From contig JASGKX010000001.1 of assembly GCA_049840475.1 (NCBI GenBank), positions 706,575 to 746,574 on the forward strand: a stretch of 40,000 nucleotides of DNA, read 5' to 3'. Below, piece by piece: positions 1 through 8,974 of the stretch. A program made the translations under genes and the position numbers. The stretch is from Rhodocyclaceae bacterium (GTDB lineage: Bacteria; Pseudomonadota; Gammaproteobacteria; Burkholderiales; Rhodocyclaceae). The notes under the pieces were generated by a model that did no database searches, was not told where the DNA came from, and was given only the letters and a program-made list of their open reading frames with translations. Every line of letters begins with the position of its first letter. The first letter of the stretch is position 1.

Positions 1-239
1 ATGTCGCCGCCCGGAAAGAACAGCGGTGAGACGACATGGCAATCCGTCGCCATGACAATCCGGCCGGCATCGGGCGGCAGCGAAAGGCATGCGCCATCGG
101 TCTGCGCCCTGAGCCACGGGTTGTCGAAATAGCGCACAAAAAGCTGCTCGATGAGCTGTGCCATGGAGCGGCCACCGGCACCGTGGCCGAGGTCGATTCG
201 ACCGTGACGCAAATCGAGGGGGCGGGAGTGAGTTGCCAT
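1..239 (-). CDS. hypE: [NiFe]-hydrogenase maturation protein HypE, N-terminal 79 codons only (gene runs off the window start)
   Basis: Not in the ORF track because it has no stop in the window. Reverse-strand ATG at 239 lies 2 nt after the hypD stop. My translation MATHSRPLDLRHGRIDLGHGAGGRSMAQLIEQLFVRYFDNPWL...MATDCHVVSPLFFPGGD matches the conserved HypE N-terminus (HGxGG, DxxVVxPLFFPGG). Confidence 0.85.
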   Translation of the reverse strand, partial: MATHSRPLDLRHGRIDLGHGAGGRSMAQLIEQLFVRYFDNPWLRAQTDGACLSLPPDAGRIVMATDCHVVSPLFFPGGD

Positions 240-241
240 GA

Positions 242-1369
242 TCAGTTTGGTGAAGTGATTGCAGTCACAGCATGGCGACCGTAGGTGTAGTGCGCCGCGC
301 AGGCGCCCTCTGACGACACCATGCATGCGCCGATCGGATGATCAGGCGTGCAGGCGGTGCCAAATACACGGCAGTCGGCCGGGCGCTTGAGTCCTCGCAG
401 GATAGAAGCGCATTCGCAGGCCTTTGGATCGGCGACGCTGCGATAGCCGACCGCAAAGCGTCGTTCAGCGTCGAAGTCGGCAAAGTCGTCCGCGATGCGC
501 AACGCGCTGGCCGGAATCTCGCCCAGGCCGCGCCACTCGAAGGTCTCGCGAAGCGAAAACACCTTGGACATCATCGCCTGTGCCTTGACGTTGCCGTCGC
601 GCGTCACGGCACGCAAGAACTGGTTTTCGACTGCCACGCGGCCGTCATTGAGCTGGCGCACCAGCATCAATATGGACTGCATGACATCGAGCGGCTCAAA
701 GCCGGAAATGGCCACGGGGCAGCCGGATTCGGAAACGAATTTCTCGTAGGGTCGAGAGCCGATCACCGTGCTCACGTGGGCCGGGCCAATGAGCCCGTCC
801 AGCGCGGCGTCGCTCTCTGGCTCCAGAATGTGCGACATCGCCGCAGGTGTGAGCACGTGGTTGCAGAACACGCTGAAATTACGCACGCCCATTGCGGCGG
901 CCTGCATGATGACCGCAGCCGTCATCGGCGTTGTCGTCTCGAAGCCAATGGCAAAGAAAACGACTTCGCGCGAGGGATTGTCCTGCGCGATGCGCAGTGC
1001 GTCGGCGCACGAATAGACCATGCGCACATCGGCCCCGGCAGCACGGACGTGTTGCAGCGAGATGCCTTTCGACGCCGGCACGCGCAGCGTATCGGCGTAC
1101 GAACACAGAATCACGTTGTGCTCGCGTGCCAGCGCGATGGCACTGTCGATTCGCCCGATCGGCAGGACGCACACGGGGCAGCCAGGGCCGTGAATCAGTT
1201 GTACCGACGAAGGCAGCAAGTCGGCAATGCCGTAGCGGGATATGGCATGCGTGTGCCCTCCGCAGAACTCCATCAGGCGATAGGTACGCCCCGGGCTCAC
1301 CTCGGCGGTTATCGTCTGAGCCAAGCCTCGTGCCAGCTTGCCATCGCGAAATTCGTCGACGTATTTCAT
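242..1369 (-). CDS. hypD: [NiFe]-hydrogenase maturation protein HypD
   Basis: 375-aa ORF. It starts MKYVDEFRD and carries CGGHTHAI, GPGCPVCV, GFETT and the C-terminal MVSSEGACAA motifs. Length is close to E. coli HypD. Confidence 0.95.
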   Translation of the reverse strand: MKYVDEFRDGKLARGLAQTITAEVSPGRTYRLMEFCGGHTHAISRYGIADLLPSSVQLIHGPGCPVCVLPIGRIDSAIALAREHNVILCSYADTLRVPASKGISLQHVRAAGADVRMVYSCADALRIAQDNPSREVVFFAIGFETTTPMTAAVIMQAAAMGVRNFSVFCNHVLTPAAMSHILEPESDAALDGLIGPAHVSTVIGSRPYEKFVSESGCPVAISGFEPLDVMQSILMLVRQLNDGRVAVENQFLRAVTRDGNVKAQAMMSKVFSLRETFEWRGLGEIPASALRIADDFADFDAERRFAVGYRSVADPKACECASILRGLKRPADCRVFGTACTPDHPIGACMVSSEGACAAHYTYGRHAVTAITSPN

Positions 1370-1379
1370 TGACGTGTTC

Positions 1380-1634
1380 TCAAGCCAGCGGCGGCGTCAG
1401 CAGCGATTCGTGTTCGCTCGCCGTCGCCATGTCGGCCAGCGTGGCGAGCGTCTGTTCGGCTTCCTGCGGGTCGATGCGACCGATGGCGAACCCGACGTGA
1501 ACGATGACGTAATCGCCCACGCACACCCCATCGAGCAGCGATAGCGAAATCTCTTTCTTCACGCCGCCGAGTTCAACGCACGCCCGGTCGTCAGACAGAA
1601 GTTCAATCACGCGAGCGGGAATGGCCAGGCACAT
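1380..1634 (-). CDS. hypC: Hydrogenase maturation chaperone HypC/HybG family
   Basis: ORF-track frame 1380..1682 trimmed to ATG 1634, which has GAGGAA 6 nt upstream. This gives MCLAIPARV..., the invariant N-terminal Met-Cys of HypC. Product is 84 aa. Confidence 0.9.
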   Translation of the reverse strand: MCLAIPARVIELLSDDRACVELGGVKKEISLSLLDGVCVGDYVIVHVGFAIGRIDPQEAEQTLATLADMATASEHESLLTPPLA

Positions 1635-1644
1635 TTCGTGTTCC

Positions 1645-2481
1645 TCATCGATTCGATGCGTCTTCAATCGCCGTTGCCTCAACGCTGCTCGCCGCGCATC
1701 CGGCCGCGAGCCACGCCAGCCACTCGTCGCACCCTTCTCCGGTGCGGGTTGACAGTTTCAGCACGGGTAATCCCGGCCGCACCTTGCGCGCATGGGCGAT
1801 TGCCGCCTCGGCATCGAAGTTGACGAATGGCAGCAGGTTGACCTTGCTCATGATCAGCAAGTCGGCGGCACGAAACATGTCGGGGTATTTGAGCGGTTTG
1901 TCCTCACCTTCGGTAACGGACAGGATGACCACCTTGTGCGCCTCGCCCAGATCGAAGGCTGCCGGGCAAACGAGATTGCCGACATTCTCGATGAACAGCA
2001 GACCGTCGCGCGGCAGAGCGTCGTCTTCGTCCAGTCGCGCCACTGCCTTGCCGACCATGTGCGCGTCCAGGTGACATCCCTTGCCCGTGTTGATCTGGAC
2101 TGCGGGCGCACCGGCCGCGCGAATACGCTCGGCGTCGTTCTCCGTCTGTTGATCGCCCTCGATGACGGCAAGCGGCGTGCGTGCTTGCCAGCGCCGGATG
2201 GTGTCGGCAAGCAGCGTGGTCTTGCCCGACCCGGGGCTCGATACGAAATTGAGTACGAACAAACCCCGTTCAGCGAAGGCTGCGCGGTTGATCGCAGCCT
2301 GCGCGTCGTTGTCCGCCAGCAGATCGCGCTCGATCCGCAATACCTGCTCGCCGGTCGTGTCAGGCGCGTGCGCAGCCTGCAAGGGAACCGAATGCCGCTT
2401 GCGCCGCGCGCCGGCGGCGTAGTGGATCGGAACGCCACCGATGACAGTCTGGCCGCCGCCGCAGCCACAGGTGCTACACAT
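1645..2481 (-). CDS. hypB: Hydrogenase nickel-incorporation GTPase HypB
   Basis: N-terminal MCSTCGCG (CxxCGC metal site), P-loop GSGKTTLL, and [12 protein letters not shown] 2481 is preceded by TGGAG. The ORF-track start at 2514 only adds 11 unconserved residues. Confidence 0.93.
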   Translation of the reverse strand: MCSTCGCGGGQTVIGGVPIHYAAGARRKRHSVPLQAAHAPDTTGEQVLRIERDLLADNDAQAAINRAAFAERGLFVLNFVSSPGSGKTTLLADTIRRWQARTPLAVIEGDQQTENDAERIRAAGAPAVQINTGKGCHLDAHMVGKAVARLDEDDALPRDGLLFIENVGNLVCPAAFDLGEAHKVVILSVTEGEDKPLKYPDMFRAADLLIMSKVNLLPFVNFDAEAAIAHARKVRPGLPVLKLSTRTGEGCDEWLAWLAAGCAASSVEATAIEDASNR

Positions 2482-2556
2482 TGCACAACTCCAATCATTA
2501 CTGCCTGGCGCCACTGACAGAACCGCGGCTCGTACGGCAACGCCAGAACAGTTCCG

Positions 2557-2904
2557 TTAGCGGCTCCTCACGCTGATATCGAGGATCTGCATCTCATCCC
2601 CCGCCACCACTTCAAGCTCGAATCCACCACAGTGGGGGCAGGCCACGCCCACGCGCGACAGCTCGACGCTTTGCTTGCAAGTTGCACACCATGCCTCGCC
2701 GGCGATGCGCTCTGCAACGATCTCGGCGCCTTCGGCGAGCGTTTCGCGTGCGACGAGTCCGCAGCAATAGACCAGCGTATCGGCGTCGACATGCGCCAGC
2801 GCGCCGATGCCAAGCCGGATACGCGTGATGCAACGCGCACCCGCGCGGCCGGCAACGTCTTCGGCCATGGCGATGGCGCGCTCCGCCAATGTCAATTCAT
2901 GCAT
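2557..2904 (-). CDS. hypA: Hydrogenase nickel-insertion protein HypA
   Basis: 115 aa starting MHELTLAE (the MHE metal-binding N-terminus), with a zinc site CATC...CPHC. The 47-aa upstream extension in ORF 2557..3045 has no HypA counterpart. Confidence 0.9.
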   Translation of the reverse strand: MHELTLAERAIAMAEDVAGRAGARCITRIRLGIGALAHVDADTLVYCCGLVARETLAEGAEIVAERIAGEAWCATCKQSVELSRVGVACPHCGGFELEVVAGDEMQILDISVRSR

Positions 2905-2947
2905 TTTCGTGATCCAACAATTCGACCAGCCCGAGGGCTGACGAGCA

Positions 2948-2982
2948 TCGTCAAAAGTGTCGAAAAGCTGTCGTTCGACACT
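2948..2982. promoter_or_regulatory. Candidate enhancer (UAS) for the FhlA/HyfR-type activator
   Basis: Seen directly: TCGTCAAAAGTGTCGA (2948-2963), then the palindrome TGTCG-TT-CGACA and GTTCGACACT (2973-2982). A 14/16 match (TCGTCAGAAGTGACGA) and the identical 10-mer recur at 20605-20652. The motif lies about 100 bp upstream of the -24/-12 element at 3081. Function is inferred. Confidence 0.45.
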
Positions 2983-3040
2983 CGGCGGCACATCGCTCAC
3001 CACCAGATTCCACCGCGATCGAGCGGCCCCACCGCAGCAA

Positions 3041-3056
3041 AGCAAGTGTAGTTCCA
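3041..3056 (-). promoter_or_regulatory. Possible sigma54 (-24/-12) promoter facing hypA
   Basis: The reverse strand reads TGGAACTACACTTGCT, with GG-N10-GC spacing and TTGC at -12. It is weaker at -24 (TGGAAC), and the candidate UAS would lie downstream of it, which is atypical. Confidence 0.3.
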
Positions 3057-3080
3057 GTGCATCGGGAGATGGGCGACAAC

Positions 3081-3096
3081 TGGCATGCCTTATGCG
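3081..3096 (+). promoter_or_regulatory. Sigma54 (-24/-12) promoter for hydN-fdhF(-fdhD)
   Basis: TGGCATGCCTTATGCG has correct GG-N10-GC spacing, against the consensus TGGCACG-N4-TTGCW. It lies 78 nt upstream of the hydN ATG and about 100 nt downstream of the repeat motif. E. coli fdhF is sigma54/FhlA dependent. Confidence 0.6.
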
Positions 3097-3173
3097 TCAC
3101 ACATGCAGTTGAAAGGACGGAGGCACAACCGTCCAGCGCGCCTATGGCACGTTCCAAATGAGGAGCTCGTCAA

Positions 3174-3716
3174 ATGAACCGGTTTGTCATCACCGAACCT
3201 AACAAATGTATCGGCTGCCGCACCTGCGAAGTTGCTTGTGCGATGGCACATCCCCTCGATGAAGACACTGCGCTGACCCCCCAGAATTTTTCGCCGCGCC
3301 TGACGGTCCAGCGCATCGGCTCAATCACGACGGCAGTCATGTGCCGCCAGTGCGACGACGCACCGTGCGCGAAGGCCTGCCCCGTGAATGCAATTGTCTT
3401 CGCACACGATAGCGTGCAGGTCGTGCAATCACGCTGCATCGGCTGCAAGAGCTGCGTCGTGGCCTGCCCTTACGGCGCCATGAATGTCGTCAACGTGACG
3501 GTCCCCACGCAGCCACAGACGTTCTTTGCCTCGCGCCGCGCGAAGTCCGAGGCTCAGAAGTGTGATCTGTGCATTGACCGAGAGGACGGCCAGGCATGCA
3601 TCACGGCCTGTCCGACCAAGGCTATCCGGCTGGTTGACCAATCCATCATGACTGCCACTTTGCAACGCCGCCGGGCACTGGCTGCGCAGAGCCTGGACAC
3701 CAAGACTCAGTTTTGA
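3174..3716 (+). CDS. hydN: HydN/HycB-type 4Fe-4S ferredoxin (electron carrier for formate dehydrogenase-H)
   Basis: 180 aa starting MNRFVITEPNKCIGCRTCEVAC, with further CxxCxxCxxxCP-type cluster motifs. GAGGAG lies 8 nt upstream of the ATG, and the gene sits directly before fdhF. Confidence 0.85.
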   Translation: MNRFVITEPNKCIGCRTCEVACAMAHPLDEDTALTPQNFSPRLTVQRIGSITTAVMCRQCDDAPCAKACPVNAIVFAHDSVQVVQSRCIGCKSCVVACPYGAMNVVNVTVPTQPQTFFASRRAKSEAQKCDLCIDREDGQACITACPTKAIRLVDQSIMTATLQRRRALAAQSLDTKTQF

Positions 3717-3753
3717 GCCCCCGGCGACTTCTCGATTTGAAAGGGTTTGTGAG

Positions 3754-5898
3754 ATGAAAAAAGTCATCACGGTCTGCCCCTATTGTGGTTCAGGCTGCAA
3801 GATCGACCTTCTGGTGAAGGACAATAGGGTCGTCGGAGCCGAAGGCGCAAACGGGGTTACCAATCAGGGGGCGCTGTGCCTGAAGGGCTACTACGGCTGG
3901 GACTTCCTCAACGACACCAAACTGCTTACGCCGCGCCTGCGGCAGCCCCTGTTGCGTCGGCAACGCGGCGCTGAATTCGAAGCGGTGTCGTGGGACGAGG
4001 CAATCAGTTTCGCTGCCGGGCGCCTGAAGGAAATCAAGGCAAAGTACGGCCCCGATTCAATCATGGTGACCGGCTCTTCTCGCGGCACCGGCAACGAGTC
4101 GAACTACATCGCGCAAAAGTTCGCCCGGGCAGTCATCGGCACCAACAACATCGACTGCTGTGCGCGCGTCTGCCACGGCCCTTCAGTGGCCGGGCTGATG
4201 ATGACGCTCGGCAACGGCGCCATGAGCAACTCGATTCCCGAAATCGAGGACACGAAGTGCATCCTGGTATTCGGATACAACGCGGCGGACTCACACCCCA
4301 TCGTTGCGAACCGCATCATCAAGGCCAAGGAAAAAGGCGCCAAGATCATCGTGTGCGATCCGCGCTACATTGAAACCGCGCGATTGGCCGATCTCTATCT
4401 GCCACTGAAGAACGGCTCCAACATGGCGCTGGTCAACGCCTTCGCCAACGTGCTGATCAACGAAAACCTCTACAAGCCGGATTTCGTGGCGAACTACGCC
4501 GAGGGCTTTGAAGAATACAAGGCCGCCGTCGCCAAATACACGCCCGAGTACGTCGCCGACATCACCGGACTGGCCCCCGATCTGATCCGCGAGGCCATGC
4601 GCATGTACGCCGCCGCGCCGACGGCGACGATCCTGTGGGGCATGGGTGTCACGCAGTGGGGTCAGGCCGTCGATGTGGTCAAAGGCTTGTCGAGCCTGGC
4701 AACCGTGACGGGCAACCTGGGGCGTCCGAATGTGGGGGTTGGCCCCGTGCGGGGTCAGAACAACGTTCAGGGAGCCTGCGACATGGGGGCGCTGCCGAAC
4801 ACGCTGCCGGGCTACTACCCGGTCAGCGACGCACAAGCGCGCGCGCGGTTCGCCAAAGCCTGGGGTATTGCCGCCCTGCCCGCCGAGAACGGCATTGGCA
4901 TCACGGAAGTGCCGCACAAAATCCACGAAGGCAAGCTCAAGGCTTACTACATCTTCGGCGAAGACCCGCTGCAAACAGACCCAGACGTCAATGCACTGCG
5001 CGCCGAACTGGAAAAGCTTGAGCTGATCATCGTCCAAGACATTTTCATGACCAAGACGGCCATGATCGCCGACGTCATTTTCCCGGCCACTTCGTGGGGC
5101 GAGCACGAGAACGTCTTCTCCAGCGCCGACCGTGGATTCCAGCGGTGTTACAAGGCCGTGGAAGCACAGGGTGACGTCAAGGATGACTGGGAGATCCACA
5201 GTCTGATGGCGACAGCCATGGGCTACCCGATGAAGTACAACAACGCGCAGGAAATCTGGGATGAGCTGCGTGGTCTGTGCCATCTGTACACAGGCGCCAC
5301 CTACGAGAAGATGGCCGATCTCGGCTATATCCAGTGGCCATGCCCGACCGAAGACCATCCGGGCACACCTTGGCTCTACGAGGGCTTTACGTTCGACACG
5401 CCCAGCGGCAAAGCCCGGCTGTTCGGTACGGAGTGGCGCCCGCCGCTGGAAAAGGTGGACGCCGATTACCCCTTGGGGTTGTGCACCGTGCGTGAAGTGG
5501 GCCACTACTCATGCAGGTCGATGACCGGGAACTGCTCGGCGCTGCAGACTTTGGCCGACGAACCGGGCTTCGTCCAGATTCACCCGGACGACGCCAAGAC
5601 ATACGGCATCAAGGACCAGTCGCTGGTCTGGATCTCGTCGCGCCGGGGCAAGGTCATCACGCGCGCCAACATCAACGAGCGCGTTAACAAGGGCGCGGTC
5701 TACATGACGTACCAATGGTGGATTGGTGCATGCAACGCGCTGACCGCTGACCATCTCGACCCGATCTCGAAGACGCCGGAATACAAGTTCAGCGCGGTCA
5801 AGGTAGAACCTATCGCTGACCAGAACTGGGCCGAGAATCACGTGAAGCAGACCTACGGCAAGATGAAGGCCGACATGCGCAAGGCCGCACTGGCCTGA
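3754..5898 (+). CDS. fdhF: Formate dehydrogenase-H catalytic subunit (molybdopterin), cysteine-type
   Basis: 714 aa, colinear with E. coli FdhF from MKKVITVCPYCGSGCKI to PEYKFSAVKVEPIA. The active-site stretch is NNIDCCARVCHGPS, with TGC at codon 140 where E. coli has TGA (Sec). Confidence 0.95.
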   Translation: MKKVITVCPYCGSGCKIDLLVKDNRVVGAEGANGVTNQGALCLKGYYGWDFLNDTKLLTPRLRQPLLRRQRGAEFEAVSWDEAISFAAGRLKEIKAKYGPDSIMVTGSSRGTGNESNYIAQKFARAVIGTNNIDCCARVCHGPSVAGLMMTLGNGAMSNSIPEIEDTKCILVFGYNAADSHPIVANRIIKAKEKGAKIIVCDPRYIETARLADLYLPLKNGSNMALVNAFANVLINENLYKPDFVANYAEGFEEYKAAVAKYTPEYVADITGLAPDLIREAMRMYAAAPTATILWGMGVTQWGQAVDVVKGLSSLATVTGNLGRPNVGVGPVRGQNNVQGACDMGALPNTLPGYYPVSDAQARARFAKAWGIAALPAENGIGITEVPHKIHEGKLKAYYIFGEDPLQTDPDVNALRAELEKLELIIVQDIFMTKTAMIADVIFPATSWGEHENVFSSADRGFQRCYKAVEAQGDVKDDWEIHSLMATAMGYPMKYNNAQEIWDELRGLCHLYTGATYEKMADLGYIQWPCPTEDHPGTPWLYEGFTFDTPSGKARLFGTEWRPPLEKVDADYPLGLCTVREVGHYSCRSMTGNCSALQTLADEPGFVQIHPDDAKTYGIKDQSLVWISSRRGKVITRANINERVNKGAVYMTYQWWIGACNALTADHLDPISKTPEYKFSAVKVEPIADQNWAENHVKQTYGKMKADMRKAALA

Positions 5899-5913
5899 TC
5901 GCGATCTCGCATC

Positions 5914-5933
5914 GCGGCCCCGCAAGGGGCCGC
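5914..5933 (+). other. GC-rich stem-loop between fdhF and fdhD (GCGGCCCC-GCAA-GGGGCCGC)
   Basis: A perfect 8-bp stem with a GCAA loop starts 16 nt after the fdhF stop. No T-tract follows, so it is more likely an mRNA stabiliser or processing element than a strong terminator. Confidence 0.4.
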
Positions 5934-5996
5934 GTTCCCGTCACATGACCGCCTCTGACCCGTTCGACAGAACAGGCGACCACCCAGCAACTGAGT

Positions 5997-6749
5997 GTGT
6001 CGCGCCATCATTCCGGCAACGTCACGACCTGTCGCGACATCGTTGCGGAAGAGTTTCCGGTGGCGCTCGTGTTCAATGGCATCTCGCATGCCGTGATGAT
6101 GGCAACGCCGCAAGACCTTGAAGCGTTCGCCGACGGCTTTGCACTGTCGGAAGGGATCGTCACCCATCGACGGGAAATCCTCGACATGGAGATCAACTGG
6201 CTGACGGATGGCGTCGAGATTCAACTTACCGTGACACAACGCGCTTTCCTCAGTCTGAAGGAGCACCGGCGAACGCTCGCCGGCCGCACGGGATGCGGCG
6301 TGTGCGGGACGGAGAGCCTTTCGCTGCTGGACCTCCATCCTGAGCGCGTGTGCGCGACTTCCGCAGTACCGGTAGACGAAGCACTGATCCGGCGCATTCT
6401 CGACGCGCTGCCCGCCCATCAGCCCCTGATGCGCGCAACGGGGTGCACGCATGCAGCCGCCTGGTGCAATGCGCAGGGCGAGATCATTCGCGCCTTCGAA
6501 GACATTGGCCGCCACAACGCGCTGGACAAACTCATCGGCTGGATCGCACACCACGAGGTGGACGCCACGGCAGGGCTCGTTTTTCTCACCAGCCGCGCCA
6601 GCTACGAACTGGTGCGGAAAGCCGCTCGCGTCGGCCTCCCGGTGTTGGCGACAGCCTCCGCACCGACTGCGCTGGCAATACGCATCGCGCACGAAGCGGG
6701 CGTTCGCTTGTTCAGTTTCTGCCGCACCAACGGATTCGTCGCCTATTGA
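5997..6749 (+). CDS. fdhD: Formate dehydrogenase accessory sulfurtransferase FdhD
   Basis: AEEFPVALVFNGISHAVMMATP, GRTGCGVCG, TGCTHAA and GRHNALDK motifs. The start is uncertain. GTG 5997 gives an N-terminus about 25 aa shorter than usual (see findings). Confidence 0.88.
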   Translation: MSRHHSGNVTTCRDIVAEEFPVALVFNGISHAVMMATPQDLEAFADGFALSEGIVTHRREILDMEINWLTDGVEIQLTVTQRAFLSLKEHRRTLAGRTGCGVCGTESLSLLDLHPERVCATSAVPVDEALIRRILDALPAHQPLMRATGCTHAAAWCNAQGEIIRAFEDIGRHNALDKLIGWIAHHEVDATAGLVFLTSRASYELVRKAARVGLPVLATASAPTALAIRIAHEAGVRLFSFCRTNGFVAY

Positions 6750-6774
6750 GATCGGGGCGAGCCGGCGAACTTGC

Positions 6775-8881
6775 TCAGCGCGCGTCGCCCAGAGCAAGCG
6801 CGGAATTGACCGAGATTCCAAAGCGATGCATGCGCGACAGCAGCGTCGTCCGTTTGAGCCCAAGCAGCACTGCGGCTCCGCGTGGCCCGGCGACAATGCC
6901 GCGCGTCTCGCGCAGCGCGTTGATGATGCGTTCGCGCTCTGTCTGGGCAGCCTCTCCATCACGCAAAGGCACCGAACGCACGGGGATCAATGGTCGATTA
7001 TCAAACGCGCCCCATTTCGGAGTGTCGTCATGACGCACGGGAGTCAATGACACATCGAGCGTACTGCCACGCGTGAGAATGACTGCGCGCTCGATGACGT
7101 TCTCAAGCTCGCGTACATTGCCCGGCCAGGCATGCTCCATGAGGCGATCGATTGCCGTCGTCTTGATCTGGTCGATGGCTCGATTCATGCGTCGTGCGCT
7201 GCGACGCATGAAGAAATTGGCCAGCAGCGGGATATCGTCCGGTCGCTCGCGCAGCGGCGGCACGGTTATCGGGAAGACGTTGAGACGGTAGTAAAGGTCA
7301 TTGCGGTACTCACCCGCACTCACCATGTTGTGCAGATCGCGGCACGTCGCGGCAATGACACGGACATCGACCGGAATGACAGAACTGCCACCGACGCGCT
7401 CGATTTCGCGCTCCTGCAAGACGCGCAGCAGCTTGGGCTGCAGATCGAGCGGCAGGTCTCCTACTTCGTCGAGAAACAAAGTGCCTTGGCTGGCCGCCTC
7501 GAAACGCCCGACGTGACGCGCGGCCGCACCGGTGAAGGCACCTTTCTCGTGGCCGAACAGGTCACTCTCCAGCAGGCCCGCAGGAATCGCGGCGCAACTG
7601 ACTGTCACCATGCGTTGTTCGCGCCGCCGGCTGAGCCTGTGGATGGCGCGCGCAATGAGCTCCTTGCCGGTTCCCGTTTCCCCCAGGATCAATACGGAAC
7701 AGTTGCTGTCGGCGACCATCTCTACCTGCTCGAGCACGCAGGCCATGGCGGGACTTGTCGCGATGATCTCGTCCGAGCCTTGATAGTTGCGAATATCCTG
7801 CTCAAGCAGCAGGTTTTCGCTGGCGAGCCTGTCGCGAAGTCGAGATATCTCCTGGTACGCCAACGCGTTGCCCAGCCCTAGCGCGATGCGCGCCCCCACC
7901 TGCTGCAGCAAAGGCATCTCATCGCGCAACAGCGCAGACATGCGGTTGAAAGCAAGATTCAACACGCCGATGACCTTGTGCCCCGATAGCAGGGGTAGGG
8001 CGCAGGCCATCACGAAGCCTTCGTTGAGCAAACGAGCGACACACGGGTTGCTGGCGAGAAGCTGACGTAGGGTACGTTCGTCGCCGACCCATGGCTTGCC
8101 AATTTGCAGGGCTCGCCATCCCAGCGAATCAACGGGAGGAATATCGCGACATTCGATACGCATATCGCTCTTCGAGCGGAACCGTACCTCGTACGAATGG
8201 AACACCGTCCCATCCATGTCTGGTAGATCCAGGCCGACGTAGTCGATGCCAAAGGAATTGCGCATCGCCTCGGCCACGTTGCGCACCATATCCTTAACGT
8301 CAAGCGTTCAACAGAACGGAGTTGGTGATATCCACCAGCACCTGCAAGCTTCGCTGCGCTTCCAGCGCCTGTTCTTCACACTCAAAGTCGGCCTGCCTTT
8401 GCTCGATCTGCACGAGCGCATTGGCAACAAGCCCGGCGAGTTGGCTCAGAAAGGTGACGTCGACGTCGCTGATGCCCGCATCACTGAGGATGAACTCAAT
8501 CCCGCCCAGGTAAATGTCTGTTTGCAGCGGGCACGTCACGTAATGTCCCAGCCGCCGATACGGTGCGAGTGCGATGGATTGAGGAAAATCCGCACTCAGA
8601 ACGCTGCCGTCGCATTGGTAGGGAGAAGCCGCGTAGCGAGCACGAAGGAGATTGCCCGCAGGCAAGGAGGCAACATCCGTCCAATATTCCAGTTGCCCGG
8701 AATCGGCGAGGAAATAGACGCCTTCCGCCAAGGGTGCCGAGCCCGCCAGCGCAATATTTACGCGGCACCCCAAATGTCTTTGCAGCGTGCCCAGCAAGGA
8801 CTTGATGTCACGCTGCTCTCCAAGCGCATGCGCCAAGAGTAAGGGAGCTGACTGAGCGGAAGAGAAATGGCTGGCAACCAT
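6775..8881 (-). pseudogene. hyfR: Sigma54-dependent formate-responsive activator (FhlA/HyfR family), reading frame interrupted by one extra base as sequenced
   Basis: Two adjacent ORFs (8300..8881, 193 aa; 6775..8289, 504 aa) are together colinear with E. coli FhlA/HyfR. They cover the N-terminal sensory region (GHYVTCPL...GGIEFI), a GAF region, the AAA+ core (GETGTGKE, GHEKGAFTGA) and the C-terminal HTH (GPRGAAVLLGLKRTTLLSRM). The frames differ by one base at about 8298-8307. Confidence 0.88.
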
Positions 8882-8974
8882 ACCTCCATGCTATCGCTGC
8901 TGTGTCGGAAGATTGGACAGCCACGTAGAGGCTTTGCGCTGCCACAAACACACTTCGGGCAAGCCCTTACACAT

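Noticed and set aside
3145-3151. A second perfect TGGCACG in the hydN upstream region
   Set aside because: There is no GC at the -12 position (AAAT there), and it lies only 23 nt from the ATG, overlapping the RBS region. The 3081-3096 element fits better.
3754-5898. Selenocysteine recoding or a SECIS element in fdhF
   Set aside because: The gene has no in-frame TGA. Codon 140 is TGC.
4291-6962. 404-aa and 369-aa ORFs on the - strand (4291..5505 and 5853..6962)
   Set aside because: They are antisense to fdhF and fdhD and have no conserved motifs.
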